DNA of 64,000 nt, taken from positions 19,096,001 to 19,160,000 of the forward strand of contig NC_082722.1 of assembly GCF_030144855.1 (NCBI RefSeq), written 5' to 3'. Positions 52,690 through 64,000 of the stretch are shown here, in pieces (the stretch's first letter is position 1; each line of letters opens with the position of its first letter). The stretch comes from Hypanus sabinus (taxonomy: Eukaryota). A program made the translations under genes and the position numbers. The notes beneath the pieces are model-generated. The model worked only from the letters and a program-made list of their open reading frames with translations, did not search any database and had not been told where the DNA came from.

Positions 52690-54988
52690 AGACACAAGGG
52701 AAGCCTGAAGGGGGAAAGTGCTATACGTCGTGCATCCAATGTATTCGGAGGAATACGCTGTCTACTAGAGTTGTCTATCAGACGCTGCCGCTATCCTATT
52801 CACAATGAACTGGGCCATTTGATTTAGTGTGCATTGAATTCCTCTCCATAGAGCCTGATTGCAGTAATACTGCGATTGTCTTGTTCGTCACCGTCTAATA
52901 CACCTGATACGCTGAAGCCTTGTCCAGTAAGGATCAGACAGTATCTACAGTTGCCAAAATGATATGCAATAAATATATTATTCATTATGATCACGGAAGT
53001 GACCAGGGAAGGGATTTTGAGAGGCGGGTCATATACGAGTTACTCTGAATGCTTGGAGTTCAGAGGTCAAAGGGTACTCCATGTCACTCTCAAGTTGATC
53101 CTCAGCATGAAAGACTCAACAGGACATTGCTAAACTTGCTTGGGACCCTTGATGACGACAGAAAGGGAAAATATTGGACATCAACATATTGACATCTGCT
53201 GCATTGCTACAGCTGCACACAGAATGAAATCACTGCGTACTGGCCATACAAGTTGATATTCAGGCACGAAGCGAGGTCACCTGTAGACGGTTGGTTTGGA
53301 ACCGTCAGGAAGGTCTTGGCGCACAAAATGTATCTCAAGTATGTGTCTGACGTGAGGATAGAAAAGTAAAAAGCCTATGCGCTAGTAGCAGTTTCTGCTA
53401 CCGATCAAAAGCAGGGAAAGTAGAAGAGATATGGTCAAAGGATCTTGTCCTCGGTTGACGCCTGGAGAATGAGCTCTAATAATAAATTTAGGACTACAAG
53501 GGAAGCATAAGTTTGCCAACTGCTGAGTTTCTATGCCGTATGTAATGGAAAGACAGATGTCAAATTTGCCAGGTTGCGAATGGTCATGTCAATCTTCTCT
53601 ATTAGAAAAATCTTTTACCTCAAGGGCAGGAAGAGAATGTTAGCCCAGAGTCTGACATGGACCCTACGCTTCGTAGAAATCTCTCCGCAGCAGGAGAACA
53701 GAAAGACAACAAACTGACTATAGTGTGATTACAGTCGAAATTCATTAGAATGTTGTGTTACTAATAATGGATTGATAACTTCTTAAGGCTTATATCGTCA
53801 TGAGGACATGACTATTTTTGGTCGGGGAGAATGTAATGCCCTGGTTAAGTACATGTTCTATTCGATTCCTACTGCTATGCTATTAGGTATCTTAATTTTC
53901 AGCACATTTTCTGCAAGACGCAGTGCGCTCCGTTAGTTAAGCGTTTTAGACCAGTATTTTGGTTTCTGCTTGGATAAGGAGCAGTTTGCACCTTAGGAAC
54001 GTTGTGTCAGCCAATCGGGGTTGTCTCAGTAACACTCTGACCAGTGGGATGCCATAGAACATTCGAGGGAGCTGGACGGGATCAGATACTTCTGAGGCAC
54101 AATGGTTTGATTTTCTGTTTCTTTTGCAGGTGTTGGAAGAGGAAGGAGGTGTAGAGACGAGCACAAACGAAGACGCCAGCAGAATCCCCCCCGAAGAGCA
54201 GACCCTGTTGTAAGAAGTGCTTTGTGCAGACCAATGGTTTCAAGGAGGAAATGTAAATATTCCTGAGTTAGTCAGTTCATAAATAGCGATCTTCCAGGGA
54301 AGTCCGAACAGTAGCTGCGGACATGGGTTCATCGCCCTGAGTACTTACAGTAAATCATCCGACTATCCAGAAATGAGCTTCAACGTAGATATGCAGACTT
54401 TGACTGGATTAACTGTAATGGTCCTTTTTTTCTTTTATTGACTGTTTTTTAACCCAAGCAACCTATTCATATTCAATACCTTCACAGTAGGGTCCGGGTC
54501 AATTTTGACGCGGCCCAAGAATCCCCCCATAAGAAGTGTGCGTACCAAATTTTGAAGCAAAGATATTTATAGAATGTATAAATAGCCTGTCTGACATTAA
54601 TAAATGGGTGATTAATCCTTAATTAATGTTTCGGAGATCTATAATCCATTTCAATAGAAACTGGTCAAATTTGACCCGGAAGACCCTCAATGTACAAAAA
54701 TTTGCAGCACTTGTACAAAAGTATGAATTTTTTAAATATTTTAATTTTTTCGCATATTGGATCACTTTAGAAAAAGTCACAAAATTTCGGCTAAAAATGA
54801 CATTTAGGGTGTTTTCACTGCTGTCAAATGTCAAAACGGGTCAAATTTGACCCGACCAGTATGTAACGGTTAAAATTGAAATATCTGTCAATATACTTCG
54901 AAATATAATTTTAAGCCGATGTAAGATCTGTTATTTCCTGGTAAACGATAACTGTGCATGAGGCAGTAATGATACAACATTGGTTACA
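52690..54988 (+). mobile_element. Gypsy integrase relic with 3' LTR (53832-54988)
   Basis: GPFDLVCIEFLSIEPD, (H)SDQGRDFE and ERLNRTLLNLLGTL; PPT ggtcggggagaa followed by an LTR tgtaa..ttaca. Confidence 0.75.
54478..54872. mobile_element. MITE-like DNA element (piggyBac-like) nested in the LTR
   Basis: Imperfect TIRs with gggtcaa(a/t)tttgac at about 54495 and 54838, an internal copy at about 54662, and the right end at ggTTAA. Confidence 0.5.
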
Positions 54989-55619
54989 TTTTTCGCCTCC
55001 TGAATGGAACAATCCAACTTTCCATTTTAGTTGAACTGGGATTATACCGACTCTAGACGTGTTTTGATTATTGAATGTGGCCTTCTCACCGTTACCCATG
55101 CAAAACTGGGTCGTTAGCCAGGTTCAGTTAACAAACCTGGCATCAGTGAGAGTGTAACACTAGAAATCACATTTCACAAAATTTCCGCAATCGGGCTTTA
55201 GTCAAATTGTAAAGATAGGAAAACGTTGTGCTTCCAGGAACAAAGGAAGCAAGCAATACAATACCCGAGAGCCATTTTTATTTCCGAAAAATTGTTGCTG
55301 AATTTTCACTTGACGGCAATACACTCCACAGTCTGCGAAACTAACATTCAGGAGGGTAAATGTGCCCTTGCTACTCTTTACACTGAACTACTATTTTCTG
55401 CTGACTGATTCTAAAACTGTCCCCCTCTAACGAAACTTCAGCAATATTCTGTAGAATTGGAAATCTGCAGAATATGGATTCAATGTTACCGATTAAGAAG
55501 TTTAAGATCGGATTGATTGTTCCACTTTGGCGGAAGTTGCTTTTACGGTTGACAAAGCATAAATGAGAATGATGAAAACAGTTGAATACACCGGACAACA
55601 AATCTGCAGGCTAAGTTGA

Positions 55620-56935
55620 AATTGCAGGGGCCCTAGCAGATATACTTAAATTGTCTGTATCTACGGGTGAGGTGCCGGAGGATTGGAGGATAGCTTTTGT
55701 TGTTCTGCTGTTTAAAAAAAAACTCTAAACTTAGTCCGGATAATTTTTCGAGGAGTTTACAAGAAAAGTGGATGAAGGGAAGGCTGCGGATGTTCTCTAC
55801 ATGGGCTTCAGTAAGGCCTTTGACAAAGTCCCGCATGGGAGGTTAATTAGGAAGATTCATTCGCTAGGTATACATTCTGAGGTAGTAAATTGGATTGGAC
55901 ATTGGTTCAATGGAAGAAGCCAGAGAGTGGTCGTGGAGGATTGTTTCTCTGAACGCAGGCCTCTGACTAGTGGTGTGCCGAATGGATCAGTGTTGGGTCC
56001 ATTGTTATTTGACATCTATGTCAATGATCTGGTTGATAATGTGTTAATTGGATCAGCAAATTTGCTGATGATACAAACATTGGAGGTGTAGTGGACAGTG
56101 AGGAAGTTTCTCAAAGCTTGCAGAGGGATTTGCACCAGCTGGAAAAACGCGCTGAAAAATGGCAGATGGAGTTTAACACAGACAAGTGTGAGGTATTACA
56201 CATTGGAAAAAAAAACAAGGTAGAACGTACAAGGTAAATGGTAGGGCACTGAGGAGTGCAGTAGAAGAGGGGGATCTGGGAATACTGATTAAAAAGTCCC
56301 TATATATGGCATCATAGATAGATAGGATAGTAAAGAGAGCTTTTGGTACATTGGCCTTTATAAATCAAACTATTGAATATAAGAGTTGGAATGTTATAGT
56401 GCGGTTGTAAAAGGCATTGATGAGGCCGAATTTGGAGTATTATGTGTAGTTTTGGTCTCCAAATTACAGGAAGGATATTAATGAGGTTGAAAGCGTGTAG
56501 AGAAGAGTTACAAGGATGTTGCCGGGACCTGAGAAACTGAGTTTCAGAGAAAGGCTGAATAGGATAGAACTTTATTCACTGGAACGTGAAGAATGACGGT
56601 AGATTTGATAGAGGTATATAAAATTATGATGGGTATTGATTGAGTGAATGCCAGCAGGATTTTTCCACTGATGTTATGGGTGAAAAAAGAATCCCGAGGT
56701 CATGGGTTAAAGGTGAAGGTGGGAAAGTTTAAAGGGAACATTGTGGGGTGGAGGGCTTCGGCACACTTTTAACATTTAAGAAAAAAATGGACAGGTACGT
56801 GGATGAGAGTTGTATGGAGCGATATGGTGCAGGTGCAGGTCAGTGGGACGAGGCGGAAAAATGGTTCGGCAAAGCCAAGAAAGGCCAAAAGACCTGTTTC
56901 TGTGCTGTAATTATCTATGGTTCTAAGTGGGAAGA
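55620..56935 (+). mobile_element. 5'-truncated CR1 LINE
   Basis: [33 protein letters not shown] and a 3' tail gtgctgtaattatctatgg. Confidence 0.9.
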
Positions 56936-57149
56936 AGAATGAAGAAATGACAATATGAGAATTGGATATGTGTTACGTCCTCAGTTGCACAGTGTAACTA
57001 ATGTATAATATTATAACATCGGGTTAGCTCCAAAAACTTGGCATAATAGTTATGTGTTTATGGTCGAAATATAGCAATAAATGTCGTTCACCGAACTGCT
57101 ATATCTGTACGTTTCCCAAAATAAAACGAAATCAGGCGTTTTATGTTTA

Positions 57150-57800
57150 ATGGAATCTGTAACATGTTTCACTGAATCCCAAACCTACGCAGGAAAGCGC
57201 ACTGAGACTTTTTCGTGATAAAGTCGTCACTTCAGCGTAGCCCCTTAATGAGAAACCACAACCCAATTACATTACCCTTCACAGCGCCACCCCACCTACA
57301 ACACCGCAATCACACTCGGTTTGGAGGAGAAACATCTTACATTCCGTCGGGGTAGGCTGCAACCTAATGGCATGAACAATGACTTCTCCAACTTCCCGTA
57401 ATGACCTCCTTCAACATTCCTGATCCGCAGTTCTCTCTGTCGCCTTTTCTCCTTACCTGCCTATCACCTCCCGCCCGTGCGCCTCCGCCTTTTCTTTTTC
57501 CCATGGCTTTCCATACTCTCCTACCAGATTCTCTATTGTCCAGCCCCGTATTTCTTTCAATAATCAACTCTCCAGCCCATTAGCTCACCCCAAATCCCGC
57601 GTTCTCCTTTCATCTTGTGGTTTTACCTCCCCTCCTCTCAATGTCTTATTTGACTCCTTATCTTTTTCCCCCAGTTCTGATGAAGGATCTCGGCACGAAA
57701 CGTCGATTGTTCTATTTTCTATCGGTGCTGCCTGACCTGCCGATTTCCTTCAGTATTTTCCGTGTGTTGCGTTTCCTCTGTTTTAGCCGTTCTCGGTTCA
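57150..57800 (+). mobile_element. Penelope-like 3' fragment with hammerhead-like motif
   Basis: LEEKHLTFRRGRLQPNGMNNDFSNF (PLE C-terminus), a pyrimidine-rich tract and the terminus at 57672-57780. Confidence 0.8.
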
Positions 57801-57844
57801 CTACTTTCGAATAACGTGTTATTTCTTCGGAAGTTTGAACGGGG

Positions 57845-60610
57845 CACGACTGCGCAAGCGCGTGAATGTCGGCCCGTCAGGCAGCGAGAGAATTTAAAAA
57901 GCGAGCTGATGAACGCAGTAGCGGGAAATTGAGTAGAGAGATACAGAGTAGGAAGTGTAGGATAGATTAGAGGGCTCGTATAAGGAGGCTTTTTGATGGA
58001 ATTGAGGAATGGGAAAAGTGTAGTGACACTTATAAGAATGTATTAAAGACCACGTATTGGAGAGGGAGAATTGGAGTAGCAAATTTGTAAGGAGGTGGCA
58101 GATATTTGTAGTAAGCACAAGTTTGTGGTTGTGGGAGATTTGAATTTTCCACACATAGACTGGGAAGCTCATACTGCAGAAGGGCTGGATGATTTGAAGT
58201 TTGTAAAATGTGTGCAGGATAGTTTTTTGCAGCATTACATAGAGGTACCAACTAGAGAAGGGGTAGTGTTGGATCTCCTGTTAGGGAATGAGAGAGTCAG
58301 GTTACGGAAGTAGGTGTTGAGGAGCACTTCGGGTCCAGTGATCATAATGTCATTAGTTTCAATATGATTATGGAGAAGGATAGGACTGGATCCTGGGTTG
58401 AGATTTTTGATTGGAGAAAGGCTAACTTTGAGGAGATGCAAAAGGATTTAGAACCAGTGGATTAGTACCATTTGTTTTATGGCAAGGATGAAATAGAGAA
58501 ATGGAGGTCATTAAAATGTAAAATTTTGAGGGTACAGAATCTTTATTTTCTTGATAGGTTGAAAAGAAAGGATAAAAGTTTGACAGAGCCATGGTTTTCA
58601 AGGGATATTGGAAACTTGGTTCGGAAAAAGAGAGATATCTATAATAAATAAAGGCAGCATGGAGTAAATGAGGTGCTTGAGGAATATAAAGAATGTAAAA
58701 AGAATCTTAAGAAATAAATTAGAAAAGCTAAAAGAAGATACGAAATTGCTTTGGTAAATAAGGTAAAAATAAATCCAAAGTGTTTCTACAGTTATATTAA
58801 TAGCAAAAGGATAGTGAGGGATAAAACTGGTCCCTTCGAGAATCAGAGTGGACAGCTAACTGTGGAGTCAGAAGAGATGGCGGATGTTTTTGAACGACTT
58901 CTTTTCTTTGGTATTCACTAAGAAGAAGGATATTGCATTGTGTAAGGTAAGGAATACAAGTAAGGAAGTCATGGAAAGCATGATGATTAAAGAGGAGGAT
59001 GTACTGGCACTTTCAAGGAATGTTAAAGTGGTTAAATCTCGATGTCCTAACAGGATATTCCCTAGAGTTTTGAGGGAAGTTAGTGTAGAGATAGCAGGGT
59101 CTCTGACAGAAATATTTCAAATGTCATCAGAAACGGGAATGGTGCCGGAGGACTGGCTTATTGCTCATGTTGTTCTATTGTTTGAAAAGGGTTCTAAGAG
59201 TAAACATAGCAATTATAGGTCTGTAGGTTTGACGTCAGTGGTGGGTAAATTAATAGAAAGTATTCTGGGAGATGGTATATAAAAATTATCTGAACACACA
59301 GGGTCTGATTAGGAACATTCAGCATGGATTTGTGCGTGGAAGGTCATGTCTGTTAAATCTTATTGAAAGCTTTGAAGAGGTTACTAGGAAAGTTGATGAA
59401 GATAAAGCAGTAGATGTTGTCTATATGGACTTCAGTAAAGCCTTTGACAAGGTTCCATACGGAAGTTTAGTAGGAAGGTTCGATCGTTAGGTATTAATAT
59501 TGAAGTAGTAAAATGGTTTCAACAGTGGCTGGATGGGAGATGCCAGAGAGTAGAGGTGGATAATTGTTTGTCAGGTTGGAGGCCGGTGACTAGTGGTGTG
59601 CTTCGGGGATCTGTATTGGGTCCAGTGTTGTTTGTCATTTACATTAATTATCTGGATGATGGTGTGGTAAATTGGATTAGTAAGTATGCAGATGTTACTA
59701 AGATTGCTGACGTTGTGGATACTGAAGTAGGTTTTCAGAGCTTGCAGAGTGATTTGGGCCAGTTAGAAGAATGGGCTGAAAGATGACAAATGGAGTTTAA
59801 TGCTGATAAGTGTGAGGTGCTACATTTTGGTAGGAGTAATCTAAATAGGACATACATGGTAAATGGCAGGGCATTGAAGAATGTCGTGGAACAGAGTGAT
59901 CTAGGAATAATGGTGCATAGTTCCTTGAAGGTGGAATCTCATGTGGATAGGGTGGTGAAGAATGCTTTTGGTATGCTGCCCTTTATAAATCAGAGCATTG
60001 ATTATAGACATTGGGCTGTAATGTTGTACAAGGGATTGGTAATGCAAAATTTGGAGTATTGTGTACAGTTCTGGTCTCCGAATTATAGGAAAGATGTCAA
60101 CCAAGTAGAGTGAGTACAGAGAAGATTTACTAGAATGTTACCTGGGTTTCAGCACCTAAGTTACAGATGAAGGTTGAACAAGTTAAGTCTTTATTCTTTG
60201 GAGCGTAGAAGATTGAGGGGGGATTTGACAGAGGTATTTAAAATTATGAGGGGGATAGATAGAGTTGACGTGGATAGGCTTTTTCCATTGAGAGTAGGGG
60301 TGATTCAAATAAGAGGACATGAGTTGAGTGTTAATGGACAAAAGTTTAAGGGTAACACGTGGGGGAACTTCTTTACTCAGACAGTGGTACCTGTGTGGAA
60401 CGAGCTTCCAGTAGAAGTGGTAGAGGTAGGTTCGATATTGTCATTTAACTTAAGATTGGATAGGTATATGGACCGGAAATGAATGGAGGGTTATGGTCTG
60501 AGTGCACGTCAGTGGGACGAGGTGAGAGTACGTTTTCGGCACCGACTAGAAGGGCCGAGATGTCCTGTTTCCGTGCTGTAATTGTTATATTGTTATATGG
60601 TTATATGTGT
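57845..60610 (+). mobile_element. CR1 LINE with 5' UTR, internal deletion, APE and RT, and tail
   Basis: GC-rich 5' end, GDLNFPHIDW, DFSKAFDKVP, EYCVQFWSP, LRGDLTEVFK and a (gttatat) tail. Confidence 0.9.
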
Positions 60611-60689
60611 TGAAGGACGTTATTAGCCTTTAATCGTTTTGTGGTCCGACAGTACAGTAAAATACCCATTATGCCCGTGCTCCCCAAAT

Positions 60690-62035
60690 TCCATCAGTAT
60701 ATGGACTTTGCAACGAGGAGGGAAACGCTTTGGACCTGGTTTACACATACATCCCCGACACGTACCGGGCAGAGCCTCGCCCCCACCTCGGTTACTCAGA
60801 CGACATCTCTGTTATACTAATCCCAGCATACAGACTGCTCGTCAGGCGCTCCAGACCACTTCAGAAGCAAGTGAAAACATGGCCAGCAGGAGTCATTTCT
60901 GCTCTTCAAGACTGCTTTGAGCACACTGACTGTTACATGTTCAGGAAGGCTGCAACCGATGGAGACTCCACCAACGTAGAGGGATAAATAACATCAGTGA
61001 CCAGCTACATCAGCAAGTGCATTGATGGTGTTACTCTGTCCAAGTCAAGCACTATACGCGCTAACCAGAAGCTATGCACCGCGGAGGTGGGCATGCTGCT
61101 GAGGACCCGCGACTCCGGCTTCAGAGTAGGCGACAAGGCTTCCCAAACAACAGCAAGGGCCAAACTGTCCCGAGCCATCAGAGTGGAAAAGCGTGCACAC
61201 GCTCAGCGAATCCACAGCCACTTCCAGGACAGCGACAACACGCGGCACATGTGGAAGGATATTCAGGGCATCACCAATTACAGGACAACTTCAACTGACT
61301 GTGCGGTTGATGCCTCCCTCAAAGATGCGCTGAATAACTTCTACGCCAGTTTAGAGGTGGAAAACGGCATGGCGGCGAGGAAGTCCACTCCTCCTACAAA
61401 AGACTAGCTGCTGTGTCTCACCGTGGCCGATATGAGAAAAACCCAGGGAAGGCCACAAGACTAGACAACATTCCTGGTAGAGTTCTCAGAGGATGGGCAG
61501 ACCAGCTAGCAGATGTTCTCACTGACATCTTCAATATCTCCCTGAGCTGCGCCACCGTTCCAGCGTGCTTCAAGGCAGTCACCATCGTCCCCGTGCCGCC
61601 GAAGTCTTCACTGCCCTGCCTAAATTAATACCGTCCCGCTGCGCTCACATCCATCATCATGAAGTGCTTCGAGAGGAAAAGACACCAAAGCATTCAGGCT
61701 CTCACGACCAGACTATGTAACAGGTTATTCCCCTAAGCTATCAGACTTCTCAATACCCAGAACCTGGCCTGACACCTACCCCTATTGTCCTGTTTATTAT
61801 CTATTGTAATACCTGCACTGTTTTGTGCATTTTATCCAGTCCTGGGCAGATGTGTATTCTAGTGTAGTTGCTGTGTGTTTTTTTTTTCTCTGTGTTTTTT
61901 TTTTTAAATAGTTCAGACTAGTTTTTGTAATGTCTCTTGTAACACCATAGTCCTGATAAACGTTGTCTCATTTTTATTATGTACTGTACCAGCAGTAATG
62001 GTCGAAATGAGAATAAAAGTGACTTGACTTGATCA
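60690..62035 (+). mobile_element. Rex1/Babar-like LINE, internally deleted
   Basis: [51 protein letters not shown], then a jump to the 3' end with an aataaaagtgacttgacttga tail. Confidence 0.8.
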
Positions 62036-63139
62036 ATTATAATTTAATTTATTTCTACTTGCGTGGATATGGTCTACATCGCTCCATTTTGTGTCTGCTC
62101 ATATCAATACTCGAATGCCTTTAACGGCTGTTATCATATCAGTATTCTCTGGTAGTGCGTTCAAGCCGCCGACCATTCTCTGTTTAAAATAAATGCTGCG
62201 TAAAGCTCACTTAATTTTTCCTCTTTTATCTCAAGGCTACGCCCTCCCGTTACTGGCACTAATATGCACGAGCTATACTGACAGACAGAATGACAAGGCT
62301 AACATTAATATGGAATCCCGGTTGACTAAAGTATTAAGACACTGGTCAGGAGATAAAGTCCTGTATCATCTGTAGCGAACGAGTTCGAGTGAGCTCCTTC
62401 AGAACTATATGAGATATTGTGGTACACTCGAGAGAAATCATGACAGCTCAAAGATGGCATGAAATATCTTGCAATGATATATTAAAGGGAAAAGAACAAA
62501 TAGTGACTCTGAAGAAGCAGCGTGATCATCTATGTGTGAAACAACTGGCGATGTCTGAGGTGAAGGTTATTATTTCCCCTTTGTATAACTCTGCTGAAAA
62601 TCATGGCAGAGCTAAAATTACAGGGATTAATTATACCTTCATTGAAATTCGCAACGTCCAGTATGGCAGACAAATGTAGAAAACTAGTTTGCATGGGAAA
62701 CAGGGTGAGCCAGCCAATGAACACGAGGGCAGCGAATTGGCTTTGTATAATATAAGAAGGTGATTGTGGAGATTTGCTATTCAAGAATGAAGGCCTTCAA
62801 CTACAGATGTTCTGAAGAGGGCGCTTTAGGTCTCAGCACTCTTTGTCATGTAGTTCTGAAACACTTAAGAGGATAATATTGCTAACAACATTAAGAACTT
62901 CGGGGAGGCAAATAAATTACTGATACAATGGAAAGTGAAAGCTAACCAAGAGAATGAACTGGGAAAGTGCTCCTTCAAGTGCAGCTAGAATTTAACCTGG
63001 ACAATGGCGTATTGTTGCATTTTGGTTGAATAAAATAAAACTGGACTTACACAGTAAATTGCCCTGGTGGTTGTAGAACACAATCACTGAGGGCAAGTGG
63101 CGATAAACGTGAACAGAAAGGTAAAGAAGGTTGGAAACG

Positions 63140-63570
63140 TCAAGATGAGGCCACACGCAGGTTAATGAAGCAATACCTTATCTCCCGCCTGGGCAGACTC
63201 CTACCTGCCGGCATGAACATTCAACTCACAGACCTCAGTTGATATCCCTGCCCCCGCTTACCCCATCCCTATCTATAATTTTAGTCTGGTTCTTTCTCTT
63301 TCCCTTTCTCTCTTTTCTCCCCCCCAACTATAACCTCCTATCTTTCATTCTCTTTTATTTCCCATGTCTCCACCTTCCCCTAGACCATTTCCCTTCAGCC
63401 TATCACTTCCCAGCTCTCTACTTCATCCCTCCCCCCACGTCTTATCCCCCTCGACCATCGCATGTTACTTCACACTTGATGAAGGGTTTCGCCCGAAACG
63501 TCGTCACTACCTCCTCCCATAGATGCTGTCTGGCCTGCTGAGTTCTGCCAGCATTTTGTGCTTTTAAGGT
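63140..63570 (+). mobile_element. Penelope-like 3' fragment with hammerhead-like motif
   Basis: ..HLISRLGRLLPAGMNI, a pyrimidine tract, ttgatgaagggtttcgcccgaaacgtc and atagatgctgtctggcctgctgag. Confidence 0.8.
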
Positions 63571-64000
63571 AAAGAAGGTGCTTGTCTCACTTGAAACAAC
63601 AGTTGAGGTAGTGCGTGCAGGTTCTGGGATGTCATGTTATACTATACACGTCATTAGCGAAACACTAAGAGTTTTGTGCATTAATAATCGCCCAGCTATC
63701 GGAAAGGGATGGCAGTCCTTAACACAGTGCAGAAAGGATTCACGAGTATGTTTTATTGTCAACAAAATTTTAACTGTACGGAGAGGGTGCATTATTCTTC
63801 CTTGAGTACAAGAGGTTGAGCGATGAATTATACAGGAATTTTAAACGACGTGGGGCGTTTGCAGACCTAGGTTACAGTGTTGTACACAGAATAGGTTAAT
63901 CGAAAATAAGAATACATCAATTCAAGGCGTGAGAGAAAATATGTTAAGTGGGTCTAGGGAATGTTTTTGAACAAATATATAGGAGCTTGGAAATTGTAAA

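Noticed and set aside
1-64000. CRISPR arrays, rRNA genes, genuine tRNA genes, prokaryotic operons
   Set aside because: No regularly spaced direct repeats or rRNA-like sequence were seen. The only A/B boxes belong to a SINE head, and the DNA is eukaryotic.

Overview
AT-rich, repeat-dense vertebrate genomic DNA. The mix of CR1 LINEs, Penelope-like elements, Rex1/Babar elements and V-SINEs suggests a cartilaginous fish, probably a ray (inference). More than half of the window is decayed retroelement sequence. One host gene can be assembled by hand on the minus strand at about 0.9-7.8 kb. It is a non-rearranging immunoglobulin-superfamily receptor with exons for a leader, a V domain with a germline-joined J-like G strand, a true C1-set domain, a transmembrane segment and at least one cytoplasmic exon. 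All introns are GT-AG and phase 1, and the spliced frame is open. At 21.5-33.1 kb there is a nested stack: a sushi-type chromovirus (Gypsy) is interrupted by a full-length CR1, whose 3' tail holds an RBM44-like processed pseudogene with a 5' inversion (twin-priming signature, poly-A, 15-bp TSD), and the Gypsy 3' LTR holds a solo LTR of another family. Also present are Penelope termini with minimal hammerhead-ribozyme motifs, a probable Chapaev3-like DNA transposon relic, a (TATC)16 microsatellite and a 215-N assembly gap. Family and gene assignments come from recalled motifs; no database search was run.
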